DNA of 64,000 bases from Patescibacteria group bacterium (GTDB lineage: Bacteria > Patescibacteriota > Microgenomatia > UBA1400 > PJMF01), in NCBI GenBank assembly GCA_016861205.1, contig BOKX01000001.1:831835-895834 (forward strand), in the 5' to 3' direction. The notes below the pieces were generated by a model that saw nothing but the letters and a program-made list of their open reading frames with translations, made no database searches and was not told the origin of the DNA. Each line of letters begins with the position of its first letter. Positions within the stretch are counted from its first letter, which is position 1. The position numbers were made by a program, and so were the translations under genes. Of the stretch, positions 38,615 to 48,621 are shown in pieces.

Positions 38615-38744
38615 GAAGCTAGCAGCATTCTCAGCTTCAAACACAATTCATTCGTACTTTTTAGCCTAATTTTCATGCACATTTGTTGCGCATAGATATG
38701 TTTTGATACAATTATTGTGTTTGAAAATTAGGTGAGGAAAAACT

Positions 38745-39539
38745 ATGTCCTGGATAAAAGACGCCGAAAGTGCTGCTCGTGAAGCTGCGATCGCAGCTCA
38801 AAAAAAAACTGCAGAAAGTGTTGCAGCACAGGCAGCTGTGGCAGCTGAAAAACTAGCACGGGAGCAGAAAGATAAAGCGGAAAGACAGGCAATTTTTGAT
38901 ACAGCAATTCAGCAAATTTTGCCTCACGTTGAGAGTATCTGTGGAGAACTCATACAGGCTGGTTTTCGTGCAAAGTACTCATTTGGTGCTTCTTTGTCAT
39001 ATTTTGAAGCTAAAGTTGCAGATTTACCTGATCAACCTTGCCTCGTGCACGAATCATCTTATTTCGAAGAAGAGTCTGATGGTGATGGTGGGTCTAGGAC
39101 GGTAGCAAAATTTTCAAAATTGGTTTGGGGTTTATCACTAAACATAGACCTCTTGTCAGGTCATCGATCCTATGCTTTTAAACGCTGGAATCATTTATGT
39201 TTTAGATTGACTTTGGTCCCCACCATGACCGGAGGCATCTACTTTTTCTTAGCGGACAGATCACAATATGATTTCCACGGAGACATCACACCTGACTATA
39301 ATTATGGTTGGGGCCTTGAAAAAAACCCAAATCCAATTTACTTCGCACCCAATGACTGGTTAATGCCGCCACATCTTAACTTGTTTGTGGATGCTATTAG
39401 ATTCACCGTGAGTGACAAACTAAAAGCGTATTATAAAGATGAACACCGTATTAAAAATGCCATGCAGAACGAGGCTGCCAGAAAAGAACTAATTGAAAAG
39501 GAAAGTAGACGCCGTTTTCCATTCAAGAAGCGCAAATAA
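38745..39539 (+). CDS. hypothetical protein (AT-rich gene, basic C-terminus)
   Basis: 264-aa ORF with SD GGTGAGG; N-terminal Ala/Glu coiled coil; ends SRRRFPFKKRK. Confidence 0.75.
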   Translation: MSWIKDAESAAREAAIAAQKKTAESVAAQAAVAAEKLAREQKDKAERQAIFDTAIQQILPHVESICGELIQAGFRAKYSFGASLSYFEAKVADLPDQPCLVHESSYFEEESDGDGGSRTVAKFSKLVWGLSLNIDLLSGHRSYAFKRWNHLCFRLTLVPTMTGGIYFFLADRSQYDFHGDITPDYNYGWGLEKNPNPIYFAPNDWLMPPHLNLFVDAIRFTVSDKLKAYYKDEHRIKNAMQNEAARKELIEKESRRRFPFKKRK

Positions 39540-39604
39540 TCTCAGTACGGTTCTCCGACTCAGGCGAGCTACCAATTTAAGTGAAAAGACATCAGGCGGC
39601 AAGA

Positions 39605-42600
39605 CTAGTGTTTAACCTTACCTTCGCTCTTGGTGTCAGCTTCAGCTTTCTTAGCTGATGCGGCAGCTTTAGGATGTGGTAACAAATTCTCACCAATCGT
39701 CTTGTAATCGGGAATACCAAACCGGCGGCGGAAATTCTTGTATCTTCGGTTAGCCCGATTAAAGAAATTCAGACGGCGGCTGCCTTGATACAGGGTGTCG
39801 TAGGTTTTACCATAGTCACCCTTTAAGCGATCAATACTAAACATCGCCGCTGGAATGTAACCTAGGTTTTTGGCTGTTACCCGAATTGGGGCCAGTACCC
39901 CCCTGATTATCTTTTCACTTGTTGGCCGTTGCGCATTTCTAGCTTCTTGCGTACTGTCATACCCAGTAATAAAGTCAATTAAGAATTGTTGCATTGTCAA
40001 GCGCCCATCGTTGGCAAATGGGCTATCAAAAGTTAATTCATCTCCACTTACTTTTGTACCCTGTAGGGTTTGTCCAGATTGTTGTATCGCAGTAACGAAC
40101 GCTTCTTCCAAGGTTGGAGCGATTGCACTTTGCACTCTTTCAGTTGTTGATCGCAGGCGCTTATGCGGACTCACTCCCGGATGGGCGTTTTGGAAAACAG
40201 CAAAGAGAATCCTGAGGCGCTGAACGTATGCTTCTTTGACCTCTGGCCAGTTAATTAACTCTATACCAGTTTTCATTTTTGAAGTGTGAGCAAGAACTTT
40301 TTCGAAGTCTTCTACTAATAAATTGATGTCTGAGTGTAAGTTCTCGGCCCCACCTTTCAAGCTCGGTGGCTCAGCGATAATGTCATGATGGAAGGCTGTC
40401 GCGAATTCCTGTGTTTTCTGGTACACCTGGTCAATACGTGTCTTATTCTTTGCAAAGTACTCTGCCTTTTTACCAGTGAAAAATTCCCACGGACTGATCA
40501 CAAATGATGGCAGATAAATAAACTGCTCTCGTTCTTCTTGGGTTAACTCATTGTCGTGACCGTGGCCACCGTGAGGTGGATGAGCAGCATGGTGTTCATG
40601 TTGTAAGGTATTGCCTTTGCTGTCAACCATGTGAAAATCAACTGTACCCTCGATACCCAGTGCTTTCGAATGTAACCTTGACGATTCATGATAAATTAGG
40701 AGGGTTTGGAATCTGGTGTAAGTTGCGGACTCCGATGGCCTATGGTCCTCCCTAATCCAATTTAGGATTTTGCTGGGAGCGTGTTCAGCCCTGGGTGGCG
40801 GACTCGCCACAATTTCTGACCACTTTTTATTTTTATAGATATCATTATCCTTGAAGAAGACTTTAACTCCGGTTACTTCATTATTGTTTGAATCGAAATA
40901 CCGGACGGCCCCCCCCGTTTTATCTATTCGCAGTTTTTGCTTTTTGTCAGCAAAATTAACAACTTCCATGCTGCTTTCTTTGTCTTGTCTGTAAACTTTC
41001 GACCGGTCAATAACCTGACCTGCAGCATCCGAGAAGCTGCCATCAAGGTTTCCTGTTATTACCTCTCCATTATTCAAATTAATATGCAGTGTGGTGTAGT
41101 ACCGTGCCCATGCGTAATCATCATTACCATCATTAGCCTGCCGGGCTAACTGAATGAAAATGCCAATTTTTTGAGCCATAGTCTCAAAATAATATTGTGG
41201 AATATCAGCCCCCATCACAACGTCAAGTATTTCGCTCTTGCCCTTTGAGGCATTGTTCAGAGCTACCACAATTGGGTAGTTCTCCATCATTTTGTCCATC
41301 TTATGCAATGGAGGTGGAGAAATGCCAACGGCCAAGTAGTTCATGAAAATCTTGACCCGGCCACCGCTTAACACAAACATAGTATAGGCCATGCGAATAA
41401 TGCCGTCGATTTCAGCATCACTGTATTTCCGAGTCACCCCAGGCTCACCATAGCTTTGTACATTGTTCCAGTAAGTTGTCTCAACACCCAAAGCGTCAAC
41501 TTCTTTCGACCGCTTTGCATTTTTCAGGAACTCCGACTTGAGGCGATCTGCTATTTTCTTGTGCATTTGCCCCTCACCACTCATCCATCTGCTGCGATCA
41601 AAGGAAAAAGTGCCCTCTGTCACTTTCTCTAGAACTTCAGCAAGCGGAATTGGATCTCCTTTTTCATCGATTTGACTAACAAGCTGTTTCTCAACAAAAT
41701 CTCCCACCTCTTCAGTCATGTATTCTTCAATTCGATCACTTATGGCTCTGATGTCAGCACCGTACTCGAAGTTGTTTTCTAGCCGGTTGTGTTCCTTCTC
41801 CTCGTCGGACTTTCCAGCATCATAGGGTCGGGTGCCATAAAAGTACTGAAAGTCGTCAGCTGAAAATTCTGGGAAAAACTTAAACCATTCCTCGAAATCA
41901 CCACTACCTAATGCCGAATCACCATACGGACCCATTTTATCGATGAACAGCAACCGTCTGCGCAAATTTTCGTGATACGTAACCAAATGTTCTTTGTAGT
42001 ACTTCTTATCACTTGGCTCTGAACTCGTTGCTAATGTGCTTAGATAGTCAGACAAATACTGATAAGGTCGACCCTCATTAGATTGGCTAAACAAAGCCTG
42101 CTTCGAGTATGCCATCTCTTCTGCTTCAAGGTTATCGACGTGCTGTTTAACTAGTGCTGGAAACGTATCAGGATGAGTTGTCCGTAATTTATCATAAAAA
42201 ACTTTCCAGGCAGGAAAGTCTTCTGCAACTGGATAATCAAAATTAGTCGGCTGCACATTTATTCTATTCACTCCGTTTGCTACCACAGACTCAATCTTTC
42301 TGCGTACTGCTTTCAAGTTGTTCACTTGAATATCGAGAGTAATGAACCTCCGGTTAAAAGCCCGATCAGATCTGTCGAGCTGATCTATTTGCTTGGCAAA
42401 GTACTCAAGCAAAAAATCTACTCTGTCTGAATCACCAGCCACTGGATCATTGTTTGCTACCACAACACGGTCGTAGAGATCTCTAACTTCTTCAAACCTC
42501 TCGAAGTACTCCTGATTCTCAGAAAATAGCCAGGCTTCCAGTTGAGCATCACCAGGAAAAACATCTTGATAGTCGCCTGTGTATTCTCCCAACAAAACTT

Positions 42601-43714
42601 GAGCTTCACGAAGTAATTGGTTAACAACACCGTCAAATCGTCCTGCTAAGGCCGGGCTTACCGCGTTTAATGCTTGTCGCAAGCGGGGCAAGATTGGTGC
42701 TTGGACTACTTTGATATATGCCGCCTCTAGTTCTGCTCTGTTTTGGGGATCGATGAATAATAAGTTCTGTGGGGCAGTTCCAGCATTATTCTGGGTAGTG
42801 ATCAGCAAAGCTAGTTGCAAACTTTCTAGCAACGAGTTGAAATTATCGATCTCACCAGACATGGCTCTGACCGCGTCCTTTAATTGTCGGATATCCTCAG
42901 CAGTTAACATTCGTTGCAGTTTTTTTTGCTGGTGCTCAACTTGACTGTGAAGCCGCCAATAGACGATCTGAACTTCGGAAATGCCTTGCTCGGCAGCGTC
43001 TGAAGCTTGTCGTAGCTGGTTGAGTCGGTTGTTGATATCCTCAGGAGAGGCTGTGCCCGCTGCTACCAATTTCTCCAAATCGTACGCTTGCTGAAAAACC
43101 GTACTTACATCTGGATTGTTCCAAGATGCATTGTTCATGCCGGCAAACCGTGCGTTCAGTGTGTTCAGATAGTTGGCATCTTGAGGTGACCCAGAGGTTA
43201 TGGTTGGATTGGCGTCGCGCCAAGCAACGTACTGCTTGTACTCTGGCCAGATGTTGAAAAGTAGGTTTTCCTCACGCTGACGGAGTTCAGCTAGCGCCTC
43301 TTGTCGATACCTGTTGCCTGCTATGCCTACCACTCTGTTAACCTTTTCACGACTATCCTTCGTGGCGCGTTTCTTACTACTCAGCCATGCTTCAGCTTCT
43401 TTCAGTTGATCAGGTAAATCTGCGAGCAGTTGATCAATGTCCGTGACTGACTGTGGGTCGCCCAGCTCTTTCACGAGTATATCTGAAACTTTTTTGATAC
43501 CGGGTAATAGCTCATGATACTTGGAAAACGCTCTCCTCCATCCTTCTATAAAAAGGTCGGTTTCAGGAGTATTTTTAGGAATCTGTCCAAGCATTTCTTT
43601 AGCGAAATCACGCAACTCAGCATCGGTTTTGGGCACAGCAGCAACCAGCCGTCTAGTGTATTCAGCCGATTTTTGATCGATAAATGCTTTTTTTTCTTGT
43701 TCGTTTTGACTCAT
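39605..43714 (-). CDS. very large hypothetical protein (1369 aa)
   Basis: Long uninterrupted ORF; helical N-half, His-rich patch, Arg-rich C-terminal region; no family recognised. Confidence 0.85.
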   Translation of the reverse strand: MSQNEQEKKAFIDQKSAEYTRRLVAAVPKTDAELRDFAKEMLGQIPKNTPETDLFIEGWRRAFSKYHELLPGIKKVSDILVKELGDPQSVTDIDQLLADLPDQLKEAEAWLSSKKRATKDSREKVNRVVGIAGNRYRQEALAELRQREENLLFNIWPEYKQYVAWRDANPTITSGSPQDANYLNTLNARFAGMNNASWNNPDVSTVFQQAYDLEKLVAAGTASPEDINNRLNQLRQASDAAEQGISEVQIVYWRLHSQVEHQQKKLQRMLTAEDIRQLKDAVRAMSGEIDNFNSLLESLQLALLITTQNNAGTAPQNLLFIDPQNRAELEAAYIKVVQAPILPRLRQALNAVSPALAGRFDGVVNQLLREAQVLLGEYTGDYQDVFPGDAQLEAWLFSENQEYFERFEEVRDLYDRVVVANNDPVAGDSDRVDFLLEYFAKQIDQLDRSDRAFNRRFITLDIQVNNLKAVRRKIESVVANGVNRINVQPTNFDYPVAEDFPAWKVFYDKLRTTHPDTFPALVKQHVDNLEAEEMAYSKQALFSQSNEGRPYQYLSDYLSTLATSSEPSDKKYYKEHLVTYHENLRRRLLFIDKMGPYGDSALGSGDFEEWFKFFPEFSADDFQYFYGTRPYDAGKSDEEKEHNRLENNFEYGADIRAISDRIEEYMTEEVGDFVEKQLVSQIDEKGDPIPLAEVLEKVTEGTFSFDRSRWMSGEGQMHKKIADRLKSEFLKNAKRSKEVDALGVETTYWNNVQSYGEPGVTRKYSDAEIDGIIRMAYTMFVLSGGRVKIFMNYLAVGISPPPLHKMDKMMENYPIVVALNNASKGKSEILDVVMGADIPQYYFETMAQKIGIFIQLARQANDGNDDYAWARYYTTLHINLNNGEVITGNLDGSFSDAAGQVIDRSKVYRQDKESSMEVVNFADKKQKLRIDKTGGAVRYFDSNNNEVTGVKVFFKDNDIYKNKKWSEIVASPPPRAEHAPSKILNWIREDHRPSESATYTRFQTLLIYHESSRLHSKALGIEGTVDFHMVDSKGNTLQHEHHAAHPPHGGHGHDNELTQEEREQFIYLPSFVISPWEFFTGKKAEYFAKNKTRIDQVYQKTQEFATAFHHDIIAEPPSLKGGAENLHSDINLLVEDFEKVLAHTSKMKTGIELINWPEVKEAYVQRLRILFAVFQNAHPGVSPHKRLRSTTERVQSAIAPTLEEAFVTAIQQSGQTLQGTKVSGDELTFDSPFANDGRLTMQQFLIDFITGYDSTQEARNAQRPTSEKIIRGVLAPIRVTAKNLGYIPAAMFSIDRLKGDYGKTYDTLYQGSRRLNFFNRANRRYKNFRRRFGIPDYKTIGENLLPHPKAAASAKKAEADTKSEGKVKH

Positions 43715-43717
43715 ACA

Positions 43718-44842
43718 TTAATTATCATTGCCTTCTTCTTCTTCGAGTAGCTCTTCCAAGACCGACCAAGGACTGTATGGTTCTTGGTCCTCGTTTTTCT
43801 CTCCACCATCAGGCTTGCCGGTGGGTGGTTCTGGGGTTTCAACCTTTGGTGGCTCAGTTGCTGGTTTTTCTTGAGCTGGTGGTTTAGGAGTTGCTTCATT
43901 GCTAAGTGGAGCAGTTGCCGACTGCGACGAATCTTTTCCGCCACGTCGCCAGAAACCAAGCCTTTTCGTTTGCAGACCAGATTGGTCGCCGGCCGCTTCT
44001 GGAGCTGCTGCTGGTGGGGTCGATTCTTCTACAACTGCCTCTGGAACAGTGGGTGTGGTTTCTTCTACCGCGCTTCCCACAGGTGACTCGGACATGGGCG
44101 TCTTTGCACCTTCCGGCGCTGGTGGTTCTGATGCCTCAGGCTCCTCCGCAACCGATTCGTCATCGGGCGACACCGTAGTAGCTGGTGTTTCCTCAGGAAG
44201 CGTAGTTGGTTTAGGAGCTGGAGCTTCCACATTAGCTGGGGCACTTGGCTCGCTACTTGACGACTGGGTTGAAGCTCGGTCGGCAAAAGGCACAAATGAG
44301 TCTGGATCAAATGCATCTGGTGATTTGACGAAGCTACTACTTGAACTTGTAGGTGGAACTGGAGGTTGAGTAACAACTGGTTCTTTTGACAATGTAGTTT
44401 GGGCCAACGGATTGGTATCTTGAGATAAATTAGCAGTGGCCTGCTTAATCATCTCTTCTATTCTGGGCTGCAAACTCTCCCAAACTTTCTCAACTAAGCC
44501 TGAAAAATCAATGTTAAATTCAGGCGCTACCAAAGATGGCTGCTCGCTATCTGAACCGGACGTAGTAAGTGGCTCTTCAGCAACTTCACCCAGACTTGAC
44601 TTCAAATCATAGATCTTTTGAAAAAGCTCTGTTCTTTTCTGGGCAGTCTGAGGATAATCCTTTTTGCGGTAAAGCCCCATCTGCTCATCCAGAGTTTCCT
44701 CGAGCTCTCTGAGTTTAGCGGCTTGTTGAGCCGGAGTCATTTCGCCAGAGTTAATTTGCTCTAACGCTGCCTCCACCTGAGCAATGGCTTGTTGGCCTAG
44801 TTCATCTTTATCAACGTTGGGGACAATGGATTCAACACACAT
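43718..44842 (-). CDS. acidic P/E/S/T-rich hypothetical protein
   Basis: Start placed at MCVES, 6 nt after TACAAT on the minus strand; ends 3 nt before the next gene. Confidence 0.75.
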   Translation of the reverse strand: MCVESIVPNVDKDELGQQAIAQVEAALEQINSGEMTPAQQAAKLRELEETLDEQMGLYRKKDYPQTAQKRTELFQKIYDLKSSLGEVAEEPLTTSGSDSEQPSLVAPEFNIDFSGLVEKVWESLQPRIEEMIKQATANLSQDTNPLAQTTLSKEPVVTQPPVPPTSSSSSFVKSPDAFDPDSFVPFADRASTQSSSSEPSAPANVEAPAPKPTTLPEETPATTVSPDDESVAEEPEASEPPAPEGAKTPMSESPVGSAVEETTPTVPEAVVEESTPPAAAPEAAGDQSGLQTKRLGFWRRGGKDSSQSATAPLSNEATPKPPAQEKPATEPPKVETPEPPTGKPDGGEKNEDQEPYSPWSVLEELLEEEEGNDN

Positions 44843-44961
44843 GGCGCTATTGTACCATTTTTTAGACTCTGCAAACACTGTGTTCCAGAGGTTGAAAGAC
44901 AAAACAACCTTCTTAGTTACTCGGGTCAGGGAAGCAAGTCACTACTAAATCCAAAAATCCC

Positions 44962-46152
44962 CTACGCCGCCGCTTCGGGCGCGGCCGAGCCAGAGGTTTC
45001 ACTCGGAGCCGGAGCCGGTGTGGTTGCTGTTGTATTTGCACTGGTTGCCTCCACCTTCAGCAACTTCGCCAACGGCTTTTTGGCGGTATCAGTTTCTTGA
45101 TAATTCTGCAACAGCAGGTCTTTGTAAATCTTGTCGCTCAAGGTTTTCTTGTTTTCAGTCAGTGCAGCTCCTAGCTGCACCTTAACTACTCGCCAGCGCT
45201 TAGTTCGGACTTCCGTCTGGTCGTTGCTGAATAGGAACTTACAGATTTCGTTCAGTACCACCAGCAAATCGGCTGGTTGTTCACTTTTTAGTTTGGCCTC
45301 AATGGCATCACGCTCGGTGGAACTTTCGCCAAAACCATTGCTAAACAATGCTCCCTCACCATCTTTGCACGCCCGCAGCAGCGCTTCTGAGAGTTTCTTC
45401 GGATTATTCTTGAGCAGGTCTTCAAACTCATCTTTGGTGAAGTGTTTACTGCGTTCCTCCGGTTCAAAGCCACCTTCGGTACCTAGACCGCCGTGGCTGT
45501 CAGATGCAAAAAAGAAGTTGTTAATGAAGTCGCCCATTCGGACACCCTTCCAGTCACCACCCCACCACTTCTGAAGATCAACAGCGCCAGCCTTAAACAT
45601 GTTGACCATTCGCTCTTTCCAAGCTGCACGAAATTTTTCCACCTTAGCCTTGGCCTCAGGTTCACTGGTCCCGGTGGCAGCCATTTCTTCCTCAACCAGC
45701 ACGGCTTCAACATTTTCAGGGGTTAGCTCTTGGCCATCGAGTTTTTGCAAAACGGTGTCGGCAAACACCTCCACCTTCTGTCGGATCGTCACCGCTGGTG
45801 TCGCTTCGGCCGCAGCCTGAAGGCTGGCTACCGATTGGTTCTCACTGGCGGTTTGAAGCGTGTTTTGCGTCGGGTCTGGCACTTCACCGGCTACAGCTTG
45901 GCGCATGCTGTCCACCGACATACCTTTGCCAGCGACCTGAATGGCTGGCTCACTAGTCACTTGCTCACCAAGCGCCTGGGGCTGAGCTGGAGCGGGAGTT
46001 TCTGACGACGAAGCAGCCGCAGGACTTGGGGTTTCAGCTGGACGGGCACTCACGTTTTCGGCCGGCACAGTCGTCTCTAACTTGATCAAGTTCTCGGCGG
46101 GTTTGGGAGCTGAGACTGGTGGGGGTGAACCTTCAAAACCGGCTTCGTTCAT
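44962..46152 (-). CDS. hypothetical protein with disordered P/A/T/E termini
   Basis: 396-aa ORF with a central helical domain; no family recognised. Confidence 0.75.
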   Translation of the reverse strand: MNEAGFEGSPPPVSAPKPAENLIKLETTVPAENVSARPAETPSPAAASSSETPAPAQPQALGEQVTSEPAIQVAGKGMSVDSMRQAVAGEVPDPTQNTLQTASENQSVASLQAAAEATPAVTIRQKVEVFADTVLQKLDGQELTPENVEAVLVEEEMAATGTSEPEAKAKVEKFRAAWKERMVNMFKAGAVDLQKWWGGDWKGVRMGDFINNFFFASDSHGGLGTEGGFEPEERSKHFTKDEFEDLLKNNPKKLSEALLRACKDGEGALFSNGFGESSTERDAIEAKLKSEQPADLLVVLNEICKFLFSNDQTEVRTKRWRVVKVQLGAALTENKKTLSDKIYKDLLLQNYQETDTAKKPLAKLLKVEATSANTTATTPAPAPSETSGSAAPEAAA

Positions 46153-46260
46153 ATCTTGACTATGCCACAGCTATTGCGCCTGGCGCAAGTCCGGGTTGGT
46201 TTTGGCTAGGATCGCCCTTGTTCCCCCACCCAATTTTTGCTACAACTAACCGCACACGTA

Positions 46261-46410
46261 CCCTCAGTGGAATCCGGTGAGAAACCGGAACTGGGCCGCA
46301 ACGGTATCTGGCACACGGGCTGGCGACAAATCTGCCGCCCCCCCTTCCGCCAGGAGTCCGATCGTCTGAGGGCTAAGGTTTTTGGTCGCGCCTACCCCAA
46401 GTTTTAACTT
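46261..46410 (+). ncRNA. cobalamin-riboswitch-like structured RNA
   Basis: CCCTCAG/CTGAGGG closing stem, TGGAA junction, T-loop hairpin TCCGG-TGAGAAA-CCGGA, CTGGGCCGCAA, CGG...CCG P6 with ACGGTAT...GAGTCCGA, and a downstream hairpin loop CGCGCCT able to kiss the GGGCCGC loop. Confidence 0.75.
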
Positions 46411-46490
46411 GTCGACCCCAACCCTAGATATATCCGCGCGCCACGGAGTCGCATGAACTCATCGCCCAGGCTCCCGAATCTCGGAGCCGC

Positions 46491-48470
46491 ATGATCGCCA
46501 CCGCCGAACACCGCGGCTATCTGCCCACTCCGGCTGAGCTCAATACCCTTGAGGATGAGTCTTTGCGCGGTTTGGTAGGTATCGCCCTAGCGAGTGTTCA
46601 GCGCCTCGTCCAATTACCAGAGCACATTAAACTGCCCGAGCTGCGATCCTTGTGGCGCCGTGCCCCGCGCCGGTGGGACTCCACCAACTACTTCGACCCC
46701 CGCCTTGAGCTATCCCCTGAGCAACGCTGGATTAACACCTCACTCGATTTGTTAACGTACTTTGACGAATATGTGGGTATGTTGAAAGTGAAGCTGTACG
46801 AGTACGGACCCAACGGTATCATTCGCAACGGCCAAAGCTATAGCCACTCGGTAGTCGAAGTCTGCCGCAACAACGAGCGGTTGTTTGCCAAAGAAGGCCG
46901 TGATGCCACTCGCGCCCAGCTGGAAACCCGCAACGCCGAGTTGAATGATCCATACCTGCGACATCCAGAGCTGCTGAATGACCAGGCCATCGTGGTGTTC
47001 AGTCCCAAAGGCAGCACTGCCGAAAAATATCCTGGTCAGCGCGACAGCAACTACTCATTTATTAATGTGTACTATTTCTACGGCGGCCGCATGAACTTTA
47101 AACAGTTCACCAACTTTGATTCCGTCCCCAACCTGCAAACACTGCACAATCAGCTCATCACCCAGTTGGGTGCTCAGCCAGCAACACCACAACCCGCCAC
47201 CCATCTCAAAGAGCCCAGTCACCAACTAATCGCTACCCCACTCAAGATCCCGGTCGACAAACTAGCCAACCTCGAGCAGCTGGTGTTTGCCAACAGCCAA
47301 GACTGGAAAATTAAGTTGATTGATCTACCCGACTTGAACGCGGCCGAGTTCGAGACCGCCAAGGTGGAGGTGTTGGGTGCGCTGCAAACCATCTTCACTG
47401 AACTGCTGACCTCGGAACTTCCTAAGGCTGCTGCCCATCAGTTTGACCATTTAATTGATGACATTACCCGTCGCCATTTTTTGAAGTGGGTGGAAGCCAA
47501 CGCTCGCAACTATCGAGAACTCCTTGCCAACCAAAAACTCGGCTGGCGGCAAAAACTGCGCGACCAACTTCGCCACCATCCCGAGCTGGCTGACCTGAGT
47601 TTAGTGGAGCGCATCACCACCGAGTTCAAGCTCGAAATGGCTAAACGCAAGGGTCTAGCCACCCGAGAAGACCGTGAACTCCTGAAACAACTCCAACATG
47701 TGTCTGAACTGAACCCGGCCTTGCCTCTCAACCGCTTAGCCAGTTTGCTCCACTGCACGGTCGGCACACCAACATCAGTCTTGAAAGAGGCGGCCAAAGC
47801 CGGCAAAGGGGTCGAGGGTTTGTTGCCCGCTGGTGAAAGTATTCGCACCACCTACCTACCACTGGTTCTGATCAACGATGTGACCGGCGAAAAAGTAACG
47901 TGGTATGTTCACAAAGATCACTATGATGAGTACGCAGCCACCAGCCGGTACGTCAACGGGGTAGCGCTCGGACCATGTGACATTGACCTCAATCAAGATG
48001 ACTTTGTGTTGAGTGCCGAAAAGTATGAAGAGTTGGTTGCCATCGAGGACCAGCAGCGCCGTCAGCAACACCTCCAAGACAGTCTGGCCAGCAACCCGGC
48101 CATCACCAACGTCACCGACCACGCCGCCCAGTTAGCTCGGGTCGAAGAGTTACTTAACAAAACACTGTATAAAGAAAGCACGAGCCTGAGTGAGTTCATG
48201 GCTGGTAGCGTGTTTAAGTCGCCGTATCAGTTGCCTGAACAATGGCTCGAAGTTGGCCGCCGACTGGCGTCAGCTCTCGACCCGATCAAGGAGCTGGAAC
48301 TGATAATTGAAGAACTGGAAAAAATATTGCTTGAGTCAGATATGCCCCAACTAGAATTATCTGAACAAAACTCACCCATTCCTCACGCGGTTATCGTCAA
48401 TCTCGCAATTCCTACCGCCCCTGCACCTATTCAATTTGGTGTACCAGCGCCACTCAAACTGGCTGCCTAA
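46491..48470 (+). CDS. hypothetical protein (659 aa) downstream of the riboswitch-like RNA
   Basis: Long ORF with SD-like GGAG; no signal peptide or TM; no family recognised. Confidence 0.85.
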   Translation: MIATAEHRGYLPTPAELNTLEDESLRGLVGIALASVQRLVQLPEHIKLPELRSLWRRAPRRWDSTNYFDPRLELSPEQRWINTSLDLLTYFDEYVGMLKVKLYEYGPNGIIRNGQSYSHSVVEVCRNNERLFAKEGRDATRAQLETRNAELNDPYLRHPELLNDQAIVVFSPKGSTAEKYPGQRDSNYSFINVYYFYGGRMNFKQFTNFDSVPNLQTLHNQLITQLGAQPATPQPATHLKEPSHQLIATPLKIPVDKLANLEQLVFANSQDWKIKLIDLPDLNAAEFETAKVEVLGALQTIFTELLTSELPKAAAHQFDHLIDDITRRHFLKWVEANARNYRELLANQKLGWRQKLRDQLRHHPELADLSLVERITTEFKLEMAKRKGLATREDRELLKQLQHVSELNPALPLNRLASLLHCTVGTPTSVLKEAAKAGKGVEGLLPAGESIRTTYLPLVLINDVTGEKVTWYVHKDHYDEYAATSRYVNGVALGPCDIDLNQDDFVLSAEKYEELVAIEDQQRRQQHLQDSLASNPAITNVTDHAAQLARVEELLNKTLYKESTSLSEFMAGSVFKSPYQLPEQWLEVGRRLASALDPIKELELIIEELEKILLESDMPQLELSEQNSPIPHAVIVNLAIPTAPAPIQFGVPAPLKLAA

Positions 48471-48499
48471 AATCAACTTCAGAGACTAATTCAGAGACT

Positions 48500-48528
48500 A
48501 AAAAACCGCCCCTAAATGGCGGTTTTTT
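48500..48528. terminator. bidirectional intrinsic terminator
   Basis: AAAAAA-CCGCC-CCTAAAT-GGCGG-TTTTTT. Confidence 0.85.
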
Positions 48529-48573
48529 CCTGACGTACTGTTGGTACAGTTTCTCTTGCCCGATCTCCGAATT
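48500..48573 (-). ncRNA. predicted small RNA complementary to the adjacent tRNA-like RNA
   Basis: Minus-strand TTGAGA-17nt-TACTAT promoter, 14-nt and 12-nt perfect complements of the tRNA-like RNA, ends at the terminator. Confidence 0.55.
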
Positions 48574-48579
48574 GTCATT

Positions 48580-48608
48580 ATAGTACCACCTGTGGTGTGA
48601 AATCTCAA
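48580..48608 (-). promoter_or_regulatory. sigma70-type promoter of the predicted small RNA
   Basis: Minus strand: TTGAGA (48608-48603), 17-nt spacer ending TGG, TACTAT (48585-48580), overlapping TATAAT (48582-48577). Confidence 0.65.
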
Positions 48609-48621
48609 TATTTACTTGACG

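Noticed and set aside
48498-48578. 26-aa peptide MTIRRSGKRNC... on the minus strand over the predicted small RNA
   Set aside because: Its ATG lies within or next to the -10 box, so upstream of the predicted start, and the ORF runs through the terminator
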